NCBI RefSeq assembly: GCF_000196555.1
Contig: NC_015067.1
Location: 1,080,001 to 1,112,000 of the forward strand
Source: Bifidobacterium longum subsp. longum JCM 1217
GTDB taxonomy: Bacteria; Actinomycetota; Actinomycetes; Actinomycetales; Bifidobacteriaceae
DNA: 32,000 nt
Direction of reading: 5' to 3'
In this document: piece by piece, positions 8,266 to 15,687 of the stretch
How the letters are laid out: each line of letters opens with the position of its first letter
Numbering within the stretch: position 1 is the first letter of the stretch
Program-made: the position numbers and the translations under genes
The notes under the pieces: generated by a model
Database searches by the model: none
What the model was told of the DNA's origin: nothing
What the model saw: only the letters and a program-made list of their open reading frames with translations

Positions 8266-8817
8266 TCAGCGAATCAGCTCCAGAAGCCCTCGGTTCTCGT
8301 TCCTGCCGAACCGGTGCAGTCTTGAATATTCCTTGAGCGCGTGTTCGAGCCGGCCGGGCTCGGCCCAGTATCGTTCCAGCCATGCGCGGCTTTTCACCTG
8401 CTTCATGCCCAGTTCTCTTTTGCAATAGTCGGAGGGCTTCAGCCGTGTGGAGCCGTTCGTGTATTTGCCGTACATGCCCTCGTTGATGATGACCAGCATT
8501 TCGATTTCGGGATGGGTTCGCAGGTTCACGACCTCGGCCGCATGTTCGTACCCTCGAGGTATGCGCAGTACATCCGAGTCCGAATCAACTATTCGGACGA
8601 TGAGCAATGGATGTTCGCCGTATGACATGTTGAGGAACCGGTCGAGCATCTGTTTTGATTCCTTGCGCGTGAAGTACCATGTTCCGCGCAGCTGGTTGGG
8701 CACGATAAAATCGGCCGGTATTGTCAGTTCCCCTCGTTCGAGGAGGGTCGTGAGTATGTACTGTTCGGCCACGCCCTCGCAGACGAACAGCACATACTGG
8801 CCTTCCGCGTTAAGCAT
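8266..8817 (-). CDS. Toprim-like protein (RloB/DUF4276/OLD-nuclease-like), partner of the upstream ATPase
   Basis: The N-terminal YVLFVCEGVAEQYIL contains the conserved Toprim Glu in a CEG context, as in RloB. IVDSDSD is a DxD motif about 70 residues later. ATG 8817 (GAAAGG 8 nt upstream) overlaps the ATPase TAA (8812-8810). Alternative ATG at 8835. Confidence 0.6.
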   Translation of the reverse strand: MLNAEGQYVLFVCEGVAEQYILTTLLERGELTIPADFIVPNQLRGTWYFTRKESKQMLDRFLNMSYGEHPLLIVRIVDSDSDVLRIPRGYEHAAEVVNLRTHPEIEMLVIINEGMYGKYTNGSTRLKPSDYCKRELGMKQVKSRAWLERYWAEPGRLEHALKEYSRLHRFGRNENRGLLELIR

Positions 8818-9991
8818 GCACGTACCTTTCCGCATAATCCTGGAGGGCGCGGACGGCCGCGTATGAGGGCGCGGTACCGGGCACCCGGTTGGCGAAGAAG
8901 GAGACGCTCTTCTTCAAATCGGTGCGGCCCAGGTATGCGCCCAGATTCCGGAGGGCGAAGCCTTTTCCATCGCGGACGGCGAACCATATCGAATCCTTGC
9001 GGGTGAAATGGTCCAGCAGCTCCGGATAGTGGGTGGAGAACAGGAGGGTGGCCCCGTGCGGGTTCGTGACCGGGGAGGCGAACAGGTCCATGATGGTGAA
9101 TACGAGCTGCTTGTTGATGCTGTTCTCCAGTTCGTCCACAATCAGATAGCCGCCCGCGCGCAGTGTCTCCAATGCTCGGCCGACCAGTGCGCCGCCTCTC
9201 AGGGTGCCGGATGAGACCATGTTGACCAGCGAGTTCGGGGTGACCTCCCGCTCCTTGCCCTCATTGCGGAATTTCAGATGGATTCCGTCCTTGTCGTAGT
9301 CGAGGCGTTCGATGCTGGCATCGAACAGCGTCACGACGGGGCGGGCCGGGCTGACGGTGAGCGTCGGGGACACCGGCAGCAGTTCGGTCGCGATGTCGGT
9401 GTCCTTGACGAAGGCCCCGCAAATACTCCGGTCGGGCGGCAGATACCGTTTCGCGTCGGCGGACAGTTCGCCCCGGACGCCGGGCCTGCCCACGTTGCGG
9501 GATGAGAGCACGGTCCACCGTTCCGGATCCAACGTGCCGTTCATGGCGGAGGCAAGCATTTTCTTGCTGAGCTTGCCATGGTGGATGCTCAGGGTCTCAC
9601 GGATGAACCTCAACGGCGTGCGACCCTCGCCTGTCCGCTCGAGCAGGCTGTCGATGAGATGGAAGCGACCGTCCTGTTCGAACAGCGCGCGCACCCCGAT
9701 CCGGTCGTCCATGGTGTCGTACAAAGGGAACAGGTCGGGGTTCAACGATCCCAGCGACATGCCGCCGGCGACGGCGAGGGCGAGTTCGGTGACCCTCAAC
9801 GCGGTGGTCTTGCCGGAGGCGTTGATGCCGGCGACGCCGATGGCCGTGTTGATGCTGATGTTGCGTGCGGCGCCGTCGAGCATGTGCGTGTATCCGGGTT
9901 CCCTTACGGCGTCGATGGCGTACAGGTCCATCCTGCATTCATGGTTTTCGTATAGGCGCAGGCCGCTGATGGCGTAGCTCAACAACCTCAT
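8810..9991 (-). CDS. ABC-type (AAA_21-like) ATPase
   Basis: Walker A GINASGKTT, Walker B LIVDELENS, H-loop-like FSTHYPELL. ATG 9991 preceded by AAGGGAGA. The 15 codons upstream in the ORF track lack an RBS. Confidence 0.85.
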   Translation of the reverse strand: MRLLSYAISGLRLYENHECRMDLYAIDAVREPGYTHMLDGAARNISINTAIGVAGINASGKTTALRVTELALAVAGGMSLGSLNPDLFPLYDTMDDRIGVRALFEQDGRFHLIDSLLERTGEGRTPLRFIRETLSIHHGKLSKKMLASAMNGTLDPERWTVLSSRNVGRPGVRGELSADAKRYLPPDRSICGAFVKDTDIATELLPVSPTLTVSPARPVVTLFDASIERLDYDKDGIHLKFRNEGKEREVTPNSLVNMVSSGTLRGGALVGRALETLRAGGYLIVDELENSINKQLVFTIMDLFASPVTNPHGATLLFSTHYPELLDHFTRKDSIWFAVRDGKGFALRNLGAYLGRTDLKKSVSFFANRVPGTAPSYAAVRALQDYAERYVHA

Positions 9992-10077
9992 GCTTTCTCC
10001 CTTGTAAACGTTTTTTCTGTATACATAGGCTATCACTGAATGGAGACCGTCGATACCCGGAAACCGTCAGAACGCCT

Positions 10078-10087
10078 CCCCCCCCCC
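10078..10087. repeat. homopolymer C10 (G10 on the minus strand)
   Basis: Ten consecutive C read directly. Lies 87-96 nt upstream of the ATPase start and 24 nt from the IS30 left inverted repeat. Confidence 0.9.
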
Positions 10088-10110
10088 TGACTCCCAGGCA
10101 GCCGGGCGGG

Positions 10111-11497
10111 TTCTAGTGATCGTTGCAACACCTGACCTACCGCAAGGAGGGTCAGGTGACCAGAAGCCACCGAAACGAAGACCGTGGCGGGGAACACCGT
10201 TGGACGTTCAACGGCGTCGAATATCCGACGAGGAAGCTGATGTGCGAGGCGAGACGCGCCGAGTACGTGCGCCTGCTGGACGAGGAAGGCATGAACTTCA
10301 CCCAGGCCGCGCACGCGGTCGGCGTCTCGAAACGCACCGGCAAGGCGTGGCGCAACGGCAGGACGCGCGCCACGGGAAGGAACGAGAAACCCCTGGTGGA
10401 CTGGTATCGTTCCACCATGGACAAACCCAAGACCCTCCATCCGCGCTACCTGAGCCAGGAGGAGCGCATCCAGATCGCGGACCGTCTGCGTCTGGGCGAT
10501 TCGATCCGCGCCATCGCCCGCCTGCTGGGCCGCGACCCCGGCACGGTCAGCCGCGAGGTCGAGCGCAACAGGAATCCCGAGTCCGGCGGTTACGAGCCTT
10601 ACCGCGCCCAGCAGAAGGCCGCGGACCGGCTCAAACGCCCCAAACCGCGCAAGGCGGCCGAGGGCACGCGACTGTGGGACGAGATCGCCGCCGGGTTGCG
10701 CAGGCATTGGAGCCCGGAGCAGATAGCCAACCGGCTGAGGCTGGACTTCCCGGATAATGGGGATATGCACGCGAGCGTCGAGACGATCTACCAGGCCATC
10801 TACCTGCAGGCCAGGGGCGAACTCAAGCAGGAGCTGAAACGCGCCATGAGGCAGGGGCGAACCGCCCGCAGACCCCAAGGCGGCCAAGGCCGCAAACCCC
10901 GTTTCCGCGAACCCATGGCCATGATCTCGGAGCGACCCCCGGAGATCGAGGACCGGGCGGTCCCGGGCCACTGGGAGGGCGATCTCATCACCGGCAGCCG
11001 CAACAAAAGCGCCATCGGCACGCTCGTCGAGCGCACCACCAGGTTCACGATCCTGCTGCACCTGCCCGACGGGCACGACGCCGAACACGTCCAGCAGGCC
11101 ATCATCGACAAGATGCAGCACCTGCCCAAACTCCTGCGCAACAGCCTGACCTGGGACCAGGGAGCGGAACTCGCCCTGCACAAACGGATCGGCGCCTCGC
11201 TGGACATGGCCGTCTACTTCTGCGACCCGCACTCCCCGTGGCAGCGCGGCACCAACGAGAACACCAACGGGCTCCTGCGCCAGTACTTCCCCAAAGGCAC
11301 CGACCTATCCGTCTACCCGGAGGACTACCTCGACGCGGTCGCCGAGGAACTCAACGACCGGCCACGCAAAACCCTCGGGTTCATGAAACCAAGCGAGAAG
11401 ATCATCGAACTGCTCGACGCCGCGTGATAACCTCAACAACCGACAACGTGACCATGGAAGGCCGCTCAAACCTCAGGTGTTGCAACCACCACTAGAA
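10111..11497 (+). mobile_element. IS30-family insertion sequence (about 1.39 kb)
   Basis: Terminal inverted repeats TTCTAGTGATCGTTGCAACACCTGA (10111-10135) and TCAGGTGTTGCAACCACCACTAGAA (11473-11497) match at 23 of 25 positions. They flank a single IS30-type transposase gene. No clear target-site duplication seen. Confidence 0.85.
10156..11427 (+). CDS. IS30-family DDE transposase
   Basis: N-terminal HTH region. HWEGDLI, TWDQGAE and PHSPWQRGTNENTNGLLRQYFPKG are IS30 hallmarks. GTG 10156 preceded by AAGGAGG (10144-10150). The ORF is open from 10123. Confidence 0.9.
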   Translation: MTRSHRNEDRGGEHRWTFNGVEYPTRKLMCEARRAEYVRLLDEEGMNFTQAAHAVGVSKRTGKAWRNGRTRATGRNEKPLVDWYRSTMDKPKTLHPRYLSQEERIQIADRLRLGDSIRAIARLLGRDPGTVSREVERNRNPESGGYEPYRAQQKAADRLKRPKPRKAAEGTRLWDEIAAGLRRHWSPEQIANRLRLDFPDNGDMHASVETIYQAIYLQARGELKQELKRAMRQGRTARRPQGGQGRKPRFREPMAMISERPPEIEDRAVPGHWEGDLITGSRNKSAIGTLVERTTRFTILLHLPDGHDAEHVQQAIIDKMQHLPKLLRNSLTWDQGAELALHKRIGASLDMAVYFCDPHSPWQRGTNENTNGLLRQYFPKGTDLSVYPEDYLDAVAEELNDRPRKTLGFMKPSEKIIELLDAA

Positions 11498-11564
11498 TCT
11501 GCCCCGGGCATGCCGCCCCGCGACGGGTCGGGCATGAACTGCTCCGGATTATCCCCGACCGCCG

Positions 11565-12026
11565 TCAGCAGAGCAGGCGGATGCCGGTCGCATCCAGGAG
11601 AACATCGCCTGTCAGGGCGTTCAGCGTGTTCGCGAGACGTTTCGCCGTGTTCTCGCCCGGCGTCGGCTCCGACGGGATGATGAGGCCCCCATCCGGGGTC
11701 TCCGCGATGAAGCAGGCGCATCCTTTGGCCATCTCCATGGGTTTCATGCCGTCGGCGATCGGGTTCGGCTCCCACTTGTCGCCATCCGTGAGATGACGTG
11801 CGCAGGATTCCAGATCCGAGAGGAGCGCGTCCGCGTTCATGTACGTGTCGTACAGGCGTCGCCAATGGGCGCGAACCTGTTCCATGATCTGCGGGTCGTC
11901 GCAGGACAGATGGCCTATCCCGTTCTCCGCGTCGTTGATGGCGGCGGCGAGCCCGCGGCGGGCGACCGCCAGCATCATCCTCGCCTCGGTGTTCTGTTCG
12001 AGCGTGAAATCATGGTTCGGCATCAT
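11565..12026 (-). CDS. hypothetical protein (153 aa)
   Basis: ATG ORF with ordinary composition (MMPNHDFTLEQNTEARMMLAVARRGLAAAINDAENG...). ATGA overlap with the upstream small gene. Last gene of the string before the IS30. Confidence 0.6.
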   Translation of the reverse strand: MMPNHDFTLEQNTEARMMLAVARRGLAAAINDAENGIGHLSCDDPQIMEQVRAHWRRLYDTYMNADALLSDLESCARHLTDGDKWEPNPIADGMKPMEMAKGCACFIAETPDGGLIIPSEPTPGENTAKRLANTLNALTGDVLLDATGIRLLC

Positions 12027-12190
12027 TCGCCCCAGCTTTCCCTGTTCGTCCGGATTTCGCTACGTCTGACGGCGGCGCGCGTGCGCAGCCGGTTGGGGCG
12101 CGGATCGTGAGCGCCGGCCTTGTTGGAGCGGCGGATGAGCTGCATCGCCTCGATGTACATGGGATTCGCCGTCCTATTCGGCCGTGCCAT
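12023..12190 (-). CDS. hypothetical small basic protein (55 aa)
   Basis: ATG 12190 preceded by GGAGG + 6 nt. Its stop overlaps the next start (ATGA). The upstream part of the 87-aa track ORF was rejected as out of register with the neighbouring gene. Confidence 0.4.
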   Translation of the reverse strand: MARPNRTANPMYIEAMQLIRRSNKAGAHDPRPNRLRTRAAVRRSEIRTNRESWGE

Positions 12191-12491
12191 GATCGGCCTC
12201 CAATGCGATGTCGTGCAGGATGCGGGAGAGGCGCAGCGCGGTCTCCCGGTCGAGGATGAGGCTTGCCGACCGGTAGGTGGTCCCATGGTCCGGGTCGGTG
12301 TCCTGCCGGGCTATCGCGATGCCGACCGTATCCGGCCAACGCCCGTCCGTCCACCGGCGGCGGGTGACCTCCGCCCGGTCGACGACCGTCGTATCCGAGC
12401 CGCACGGGATGGTCAGCATGACCCCCGTGTGTTCGAGCCCGCCGGCCGCGATCTCCACCTTCGATTCCCTGACGTTCGCATCCGTCATCAT
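12174..12491 (-). CDS. hypothetical protein (105 aa)
   Basis: ATG 12491 (MMTDANVRESKVEIAAGG...) forms an ATGA overlap with the upstream gene. ATGCGTCCC motif at 12528-12536. Confidence 0.55.
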   Translation of the reverse strand: MMTDANVRESKVEIAAGGLEHTGVMLTIPCGSDTTVVDRAEVTRRRWTDGRWPDTVGIAIARQDTDPDHGTTYRSASLILDRETALRLSRILHDIALEADHGTAE

Positions 12492-12847
12492 CCGTTCCTT
12501 TCCTCGTTGGCCTTCGACCCCGCGGGCATGCGTCCCGGTATGCCGAGCCGACGGCATTCAAGGCATTGCCCGTCCGTCCAGCCCGTCGGGTCGAGCATGA
12601 TGTTCGCGCAGGATACGCATTCGGGAAGCCGGTGCGCCGGGCAGTAGTGCAGGTCGCGGTCGAGTCCGGGATGGTCGTCGGCGTACAGGATCTGCCAGCC
12701 GGCGTCCATGCGCGCATCGTTCAGCAGCTCATCCTCGTCCGCCCGCCATTCGCTGTCGTCATACCGGTTTTCGCAGCCGGGCGCGTCACAGGCGAGCATG
12801 AGCAGGGGCGTCGCGTACCCGTCGAACCGTTGGGCGAGCATGGTCAT
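12488..12847 (-). CDS. hypothetical Cys-rich protein (119 aa), possible zinc-binding
   Basis: Starts MTMLAQRFDGYATPLLMLACDAPGCENRYDD. Also carries HYCPAHRLPECVSC and QCLECRR. ATGA overlaps at both ends. The Arg-rich upstream part of the 292-aa track ORF was rejected. Confidence 0.55.
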   Translation of the reverse strand: MTMLAQRFDGYATPLLMLACDAPGCENRYDDSEWRADEDELLNDARMDAGWQILYADDHPGLDRDLHYCPAHRLPECVSCANIMLDPTGWTDGQCLECRRLGIPGRMPAGSKANEERNG

Positions 12848-13470
12848 CTTGGCGTCACCCGTTTCGGGCGACGGTTCACGTCCGGCAACGGGTCGATGCC
12901 GGCCGCCTGGCGCAGCAGGTTCCCGATCCGGCGGCATGGCTTCTGGTAGAGATGCCGCCGGTCGCCGCAGGGGCCCCACATGCGGCGCAACGGCCCGCCG
13001 GCGGGGAACACGAGGTTCCCGGCAAGACGGTCGCCGTAGAACACTGGGACCGTGGGCTCGCCGTAAAGCCCGGCGAACGCGGGCCCATACGACCATCCGT
13101 CGCCCAGTTCCCCGGCCAGCGCGTTCAATCGGAGCCGCATGCAGCCCGTGACGTCCGTGGCATCGTTTTTTCCGGCTCGCCGTCCGGAGTCGGCGACGCC
13201 TTCCGCCTGCGCCCGTTCCAGTTGGGCGACCGTGCAGTGCACGCATTCCGGGTGCATGCCCGCCCAGACGCCGACCATGAACGCCATATGCCCGGTCTCG
13301 CCGGTCAGGCTTCCCATGAGGGGACGCGCCTCCCATGAGGGGAGCGGCCGCCAGCCGTCGCGCCAACAGTCCGACTCGAAGCCGATGTCATGGGTCCTGG
13401 CGGCCTTCGACGGCCATACGTGGATGAGGTCGGTCTCGACGTGCAGCGCGTATCTGAAGCGTATCGCCAT
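12844..13470 (-). CDS. hypothetical protein (208 aa)
   Basis: ATG 13470 (MAIRFRYALHVETDLIHVWPSK...) overlaps the upstream stop by 1 nt (TGATG). Globular-looking composition. Confidence 0.55.
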   Translation of the reverse strand: MAIRFRYALHVETDLIHVWPSKAARTHDIGFESDCWRDGWRPLPSWEARPLMGSLTGETGHMAFMVGVWAGMHPECVHCTVAQLERAQAEGVADSGRRAGKNDATDVTGCMRLRLNALAGELGDGWSYGPAFAGLYGEPTVPVFYGDRLAGNLVFPAGGPLRRMWGPCGDRRHLYQKPCRRIGNLLRQAAGIDPLPDVNRRPKRVTPR

Positions 13471-13721
13471 CAGTCCCGCCTCTCCTTTTCGTGTTCGAGT
13501 TCGTTGACGCAGCAGGCACACGGTCCGTCCATCAGATTGGGGACGTCGTCGCCGCAGCGGCGGCAACAGCCGGCCTCCGGCACGCGGGCCATGCGGTCGA
13601 ACAGGTAGTCGCCCATGTCGTTGATGTCGATGCGGCCGGCCTTGCCGTGCAGGTATCCGGCCAGCATGCCCTTCAGTTCGCGGCGGGCCACCTGCCTCGT
13701 TTCGAGATCTTTCAACGCCAT
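13470..13721 (-). CDS. hypothetical protein (83 aa) with a C-terminal Cys cluster
   Basis: Contains IDINDMGDYLFDRMARVPE, then CCRRCGDDVPNLMDGPCACC. Its N-terminal half is paralogous to the next gene upstream. Confidence 0.55.
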   Translation of the reverse strand: MALKDLETRQVARRELKGMLAGYLHGKAGRIDINDMGDYLFDRMARVPEAGCCRRCGDDVPNLMDGPCACCVNELEHEKERRD

Positions 13722-13722
13722 G

Positions 13723-13899
13723 TCACCCCTCTTTCAACCGGATTTCGTATTCCGGGGTTTCGGCCATCCTGTCGTCGAACAGGAAGTCGCCCATATGCTC
13801 CACGTCGATCGGGCAGCCGCCGCCGTACGGGTATTCGGCTATCGCGTTCTTGATCTCGCGCCTGTTGATGACGCGCTCGTCGCTGTCATGCCTTGCCAA
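13723..13899 (-). CDS. hypothetical small protein (58 aa), paralogue of the 13470-13721 product
   Basis: In-frame TTG 13899 preceded by AAAGGA + 7-8 nt. IDVEHMGDFLFDDRMAETPE aligns with IDINDMGDYLFDRMARVPE. The upstream part of the 106-aa track ORF overlaps a better gene. Confidence 0.4.
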   Translation of the reverse strand: MARHDSDERVINRREIKNAIAEYPYGGGCPIDVEHMGDFLFDDRMAETPEYEIRLKEG

Positions 13900-14056
13900 G
13901 GGTGTTTCCTTTCCCGTATTCGCCGATGCGGGCCAGCAGTCCGCCGAACATGCGTGATATGTCGCGCGCCGCCATACCGTTGTCCCAGGTCGTGAACCGG
14001 TGCAGCTCCCACTGGTCGGCCGCGGCTTTCGCGCTTTCGTCAAGAGGATTCGTCAT
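13886..14056 (-). CDS. hypothetical small protein (56 aa)
   Basis: ATG 14056 (MTNPLDESAKAAADQWELHRF...) forms an ATGA overlap with the FemAB-family stop. The same 9-residue N-terminus recurs at 15464 with different codons. Confidence 0.45.
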   Translation of the reverse strand: MTNPLDESAKAAADQWELHRFTTWDNGMAARDISRMFGGLLARIGEYGKGNTLGKA

Positions 14057-15324
14057 CGACCGGCTTCCTTCAGTAGTTTGATTGTGTGCGCGGCTTCGCT
14101 GAGCTTGTATCGGATCGTGCTGGTCGGTAGAGTGCATGCTCCAACCAGCTCCTCGGCATGCCCGTCGAACCCCTGCTTGAATTCCAACACCCCACGGCCC
14201 TCGTCATCCGGGTCGTTGAATACGCCGGTGATGCCGTACATGTTGAAGCGTGGCATCCGGCTACGGTTGACGCACAGGCGGAGCATTCCCTCATGGACCA
14301 ACAAGGCGGGAGCCTGATACGAACGGTATTCGGGGAGCGCGCCGGCTGTCAGATACACGATTTCACGCCGGTGTTCCACGAACAGGGCGCATGCCGCAGG
14401 AATGACGCTGCCGCGGGAAGCCAGTGCGCGCGCCTCGTTGAGGCGGTGTTCCATGGCGGTCAGGTTGCGGGTGATGTCGTCCTCCTGCCGTTTGATTCGA
14501 GATGTGGGATGATTCTCGTATTGGGTTCGCAGCAGGTCCAGCCGTTCGGCGAGTTTGTCGTATTCGGCGGTCAGTCTGGTCAGAAGTTCCCCGGCGTGGA
14601 TCTCGGCGAGCATGAAACGGGCTCGGCTTCCGAATGTCTCCTTGAACCGGCGGTAATAGTCTTCGTCGCGGGCCGTGAAGCCGCGTCGTCCTGCGGTCTT
14701 CCGTTCGATGTCCACGAACGTGCCGAGCTCATCCGCACCGAGTTCGCGTACTCGCACGCCTGACGTTCTCGCCCGGTTCACGCTCCACCGGGTGCGCGGC
14801 TTATAGGAGGCGAGCAGCGTCTTCTCATCCTTGATCCCGTCGAAGGTTCTGATCCAATTCCAACGGTTGACGACTTTTCCGTATCCGGTGTCGAATCCCT
14901 GATGCCTCCAGCCGCATGACCGGTAGGCGTCGAGGATCATCGTGTCGGGGGCCCCGATCGGGTTCCCGGCCGCGTCATGCCTTTGGTATTCGATGTTCGG
15001 CCAGCATGTGACGGACACGGCATGGCGGCGGCGTGCGGCGAGCCGGATTCCACGGGTCATGTGTTCGAGGAGTTTCGGATCATCGAGCGCGCATAACGGT
15101 CCGAGCCAGATGCTGCCTTCCGGGCCAAGCCGGCCTCGTGTCCACGCGATCAGGCAGCCGGCCGATAGAACGCCGTTGCGGGTCACGCCGATCAGATCCG
15201 TGGCGTCCACGTCCGGTTCGGCGAGATGAGCCATGTGCCCGGTCTGCTGGAATCCGCCCTGCGGATGTCCGGCAGACAGCAGATCCAGTTGGTTGAAGGT
15301 GATGGGTGTGATGTCGTAGATCAA
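14053..15324 (-). CDS. FemAB/MurM-family peptidoglycan aminoacyl-tRNA transferase-like protein
   Basis: 423 aa. Central coiled-coil insert (LTAEYDKLAERLDLLRTQYE...RLNEARALA). C-terminal FNMYGITGVFNDPDDEGRGVLEFKQGFDG is typical of the family. TTG start in a TTGA overlap, with GGAAGGA 8 nt upstream. Confidence 0.8.
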   Translation of the reverse strand: MIYDITPITFNQLDLLSAGHPQGGFQQTGHMAHLAEPDVDATDLIGVTRNGVLSAGCLIAWTRGRLGPEGSIWLGPLCALDDPKLLEHMTRGIRLAARRRHAVSVTCWPNIEYQRHDAAGNPIGAPDTMILDAYRSCGWRHQGFDTGYGKVVNRWNWIRTFDGIKDEKTLLASYKPRTRWSVNRARTSGVRVRELGADELGTFVDIERKTAGRRGFTARDEDYYRRFKETFGSRARFMLAEIHAGELLTRLTAEYDKLAERLDLLRTQYENHPTSRIKRQEDDITRNLTAMEHRLNEARALASRGSVIPAACALFVEHRREIVYLTAGALPEYRSYQAPALLVHEGMLRLCVNRSRMPRFNMYGITGVFNDPDDEGRGVLEFKQGFDGHAEELVGACTLPTSTIRYKLSEAAHTIKLLKEAGR

Positions 15325-15464
15325 TTCAGTCCTTCCATTATGAGACCGGTTCCGGCATGAAGAGCGTATGTGAAGCGGATCATCATCGATATCCCCCCTA
15401 CCCTCCCGTGTTTGGGTTCGTCTAGGATCAGGGGCACGGCGCTCTCATCCAACGGGTTCGTCAT
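15321..15464 (-). CDS. possible small ORF (47 aa)
   Basis: Hand-translated as MTNPLDESAVPLILDEPKHGRVGGISMMIRFTYALHAGTGLIMEGLN. Its TGA overlaps the FemAB TTG. The first 9 residues match the 14056 gene, with synonymous differences in four codons. Below the ORF-track length cut-off. Confidence 0.3.
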   Translation of the reverse strand: MTNPLDESAVPLILDEPKHGRVGGISMMIRFTYALHAGTGLIMEGLN

Positions 15465-15687
15465 CGCGGCCTCCCTCGTTCGCGATCGTCTGGAGAATGC
15501 CCGCCAGGCAGCCGATTTCGCCGGGGCTCAACCGGATTCGGCGGATCGTGCCGCCGCTGTCGGTGGACAGCACCCACGTGCGGACGCCGTGTCGGCCGTC
15601 GCCCGGCAGCCAGATGAGGCTCACATGCCCGCAGGAGGCGCCCGTGATCATGCCGGCGCGGCGTTCGACTTCGATTTCCGGCTTCAT
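15445..15687 (-). CDS. hypothetical protein (80 aa)
   Basis: ATG 15687 (MKPEIEVERRAGMITGASCGHVSLIWLPGDG...) forms an ATGA overlap with the HAD gene stop. Confidence 0.5.
   Translation of the reverse strand: MKPEIEVERRAGMITGASCGHVSLIWLPGDGRHGVRTWVLSTDSGGTIRRIRLSPGEIGCLAGILQTIANEGGRDDEPVG

Noticed and set aside
10033-11232. 399-aa minus-strand ORF
   Set aside because: It lies antisense to the clearly recognisable IS30 transposase. Composition is degenerate (Ala/Gly/Arg/Val-rich) and no motifs are present. This is a typical shadow ORF in high-GC DNA.
10100-11505. Target-site duplication flanking the IS30 element
   Set aside because: The 2-4 nt flanks compared on both sides (GGG/GGT versus ATC/TCT) show no direct repeat, so no duplication is claimed.
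11520-11565. Hairpin GGTCGGG-N22-CCCGACC downstream of the 11565 stop as a terminator
   Set aside because: The stem is only 7 bp, the loop is large, and there is no U-tract. It is too weak to annotate.
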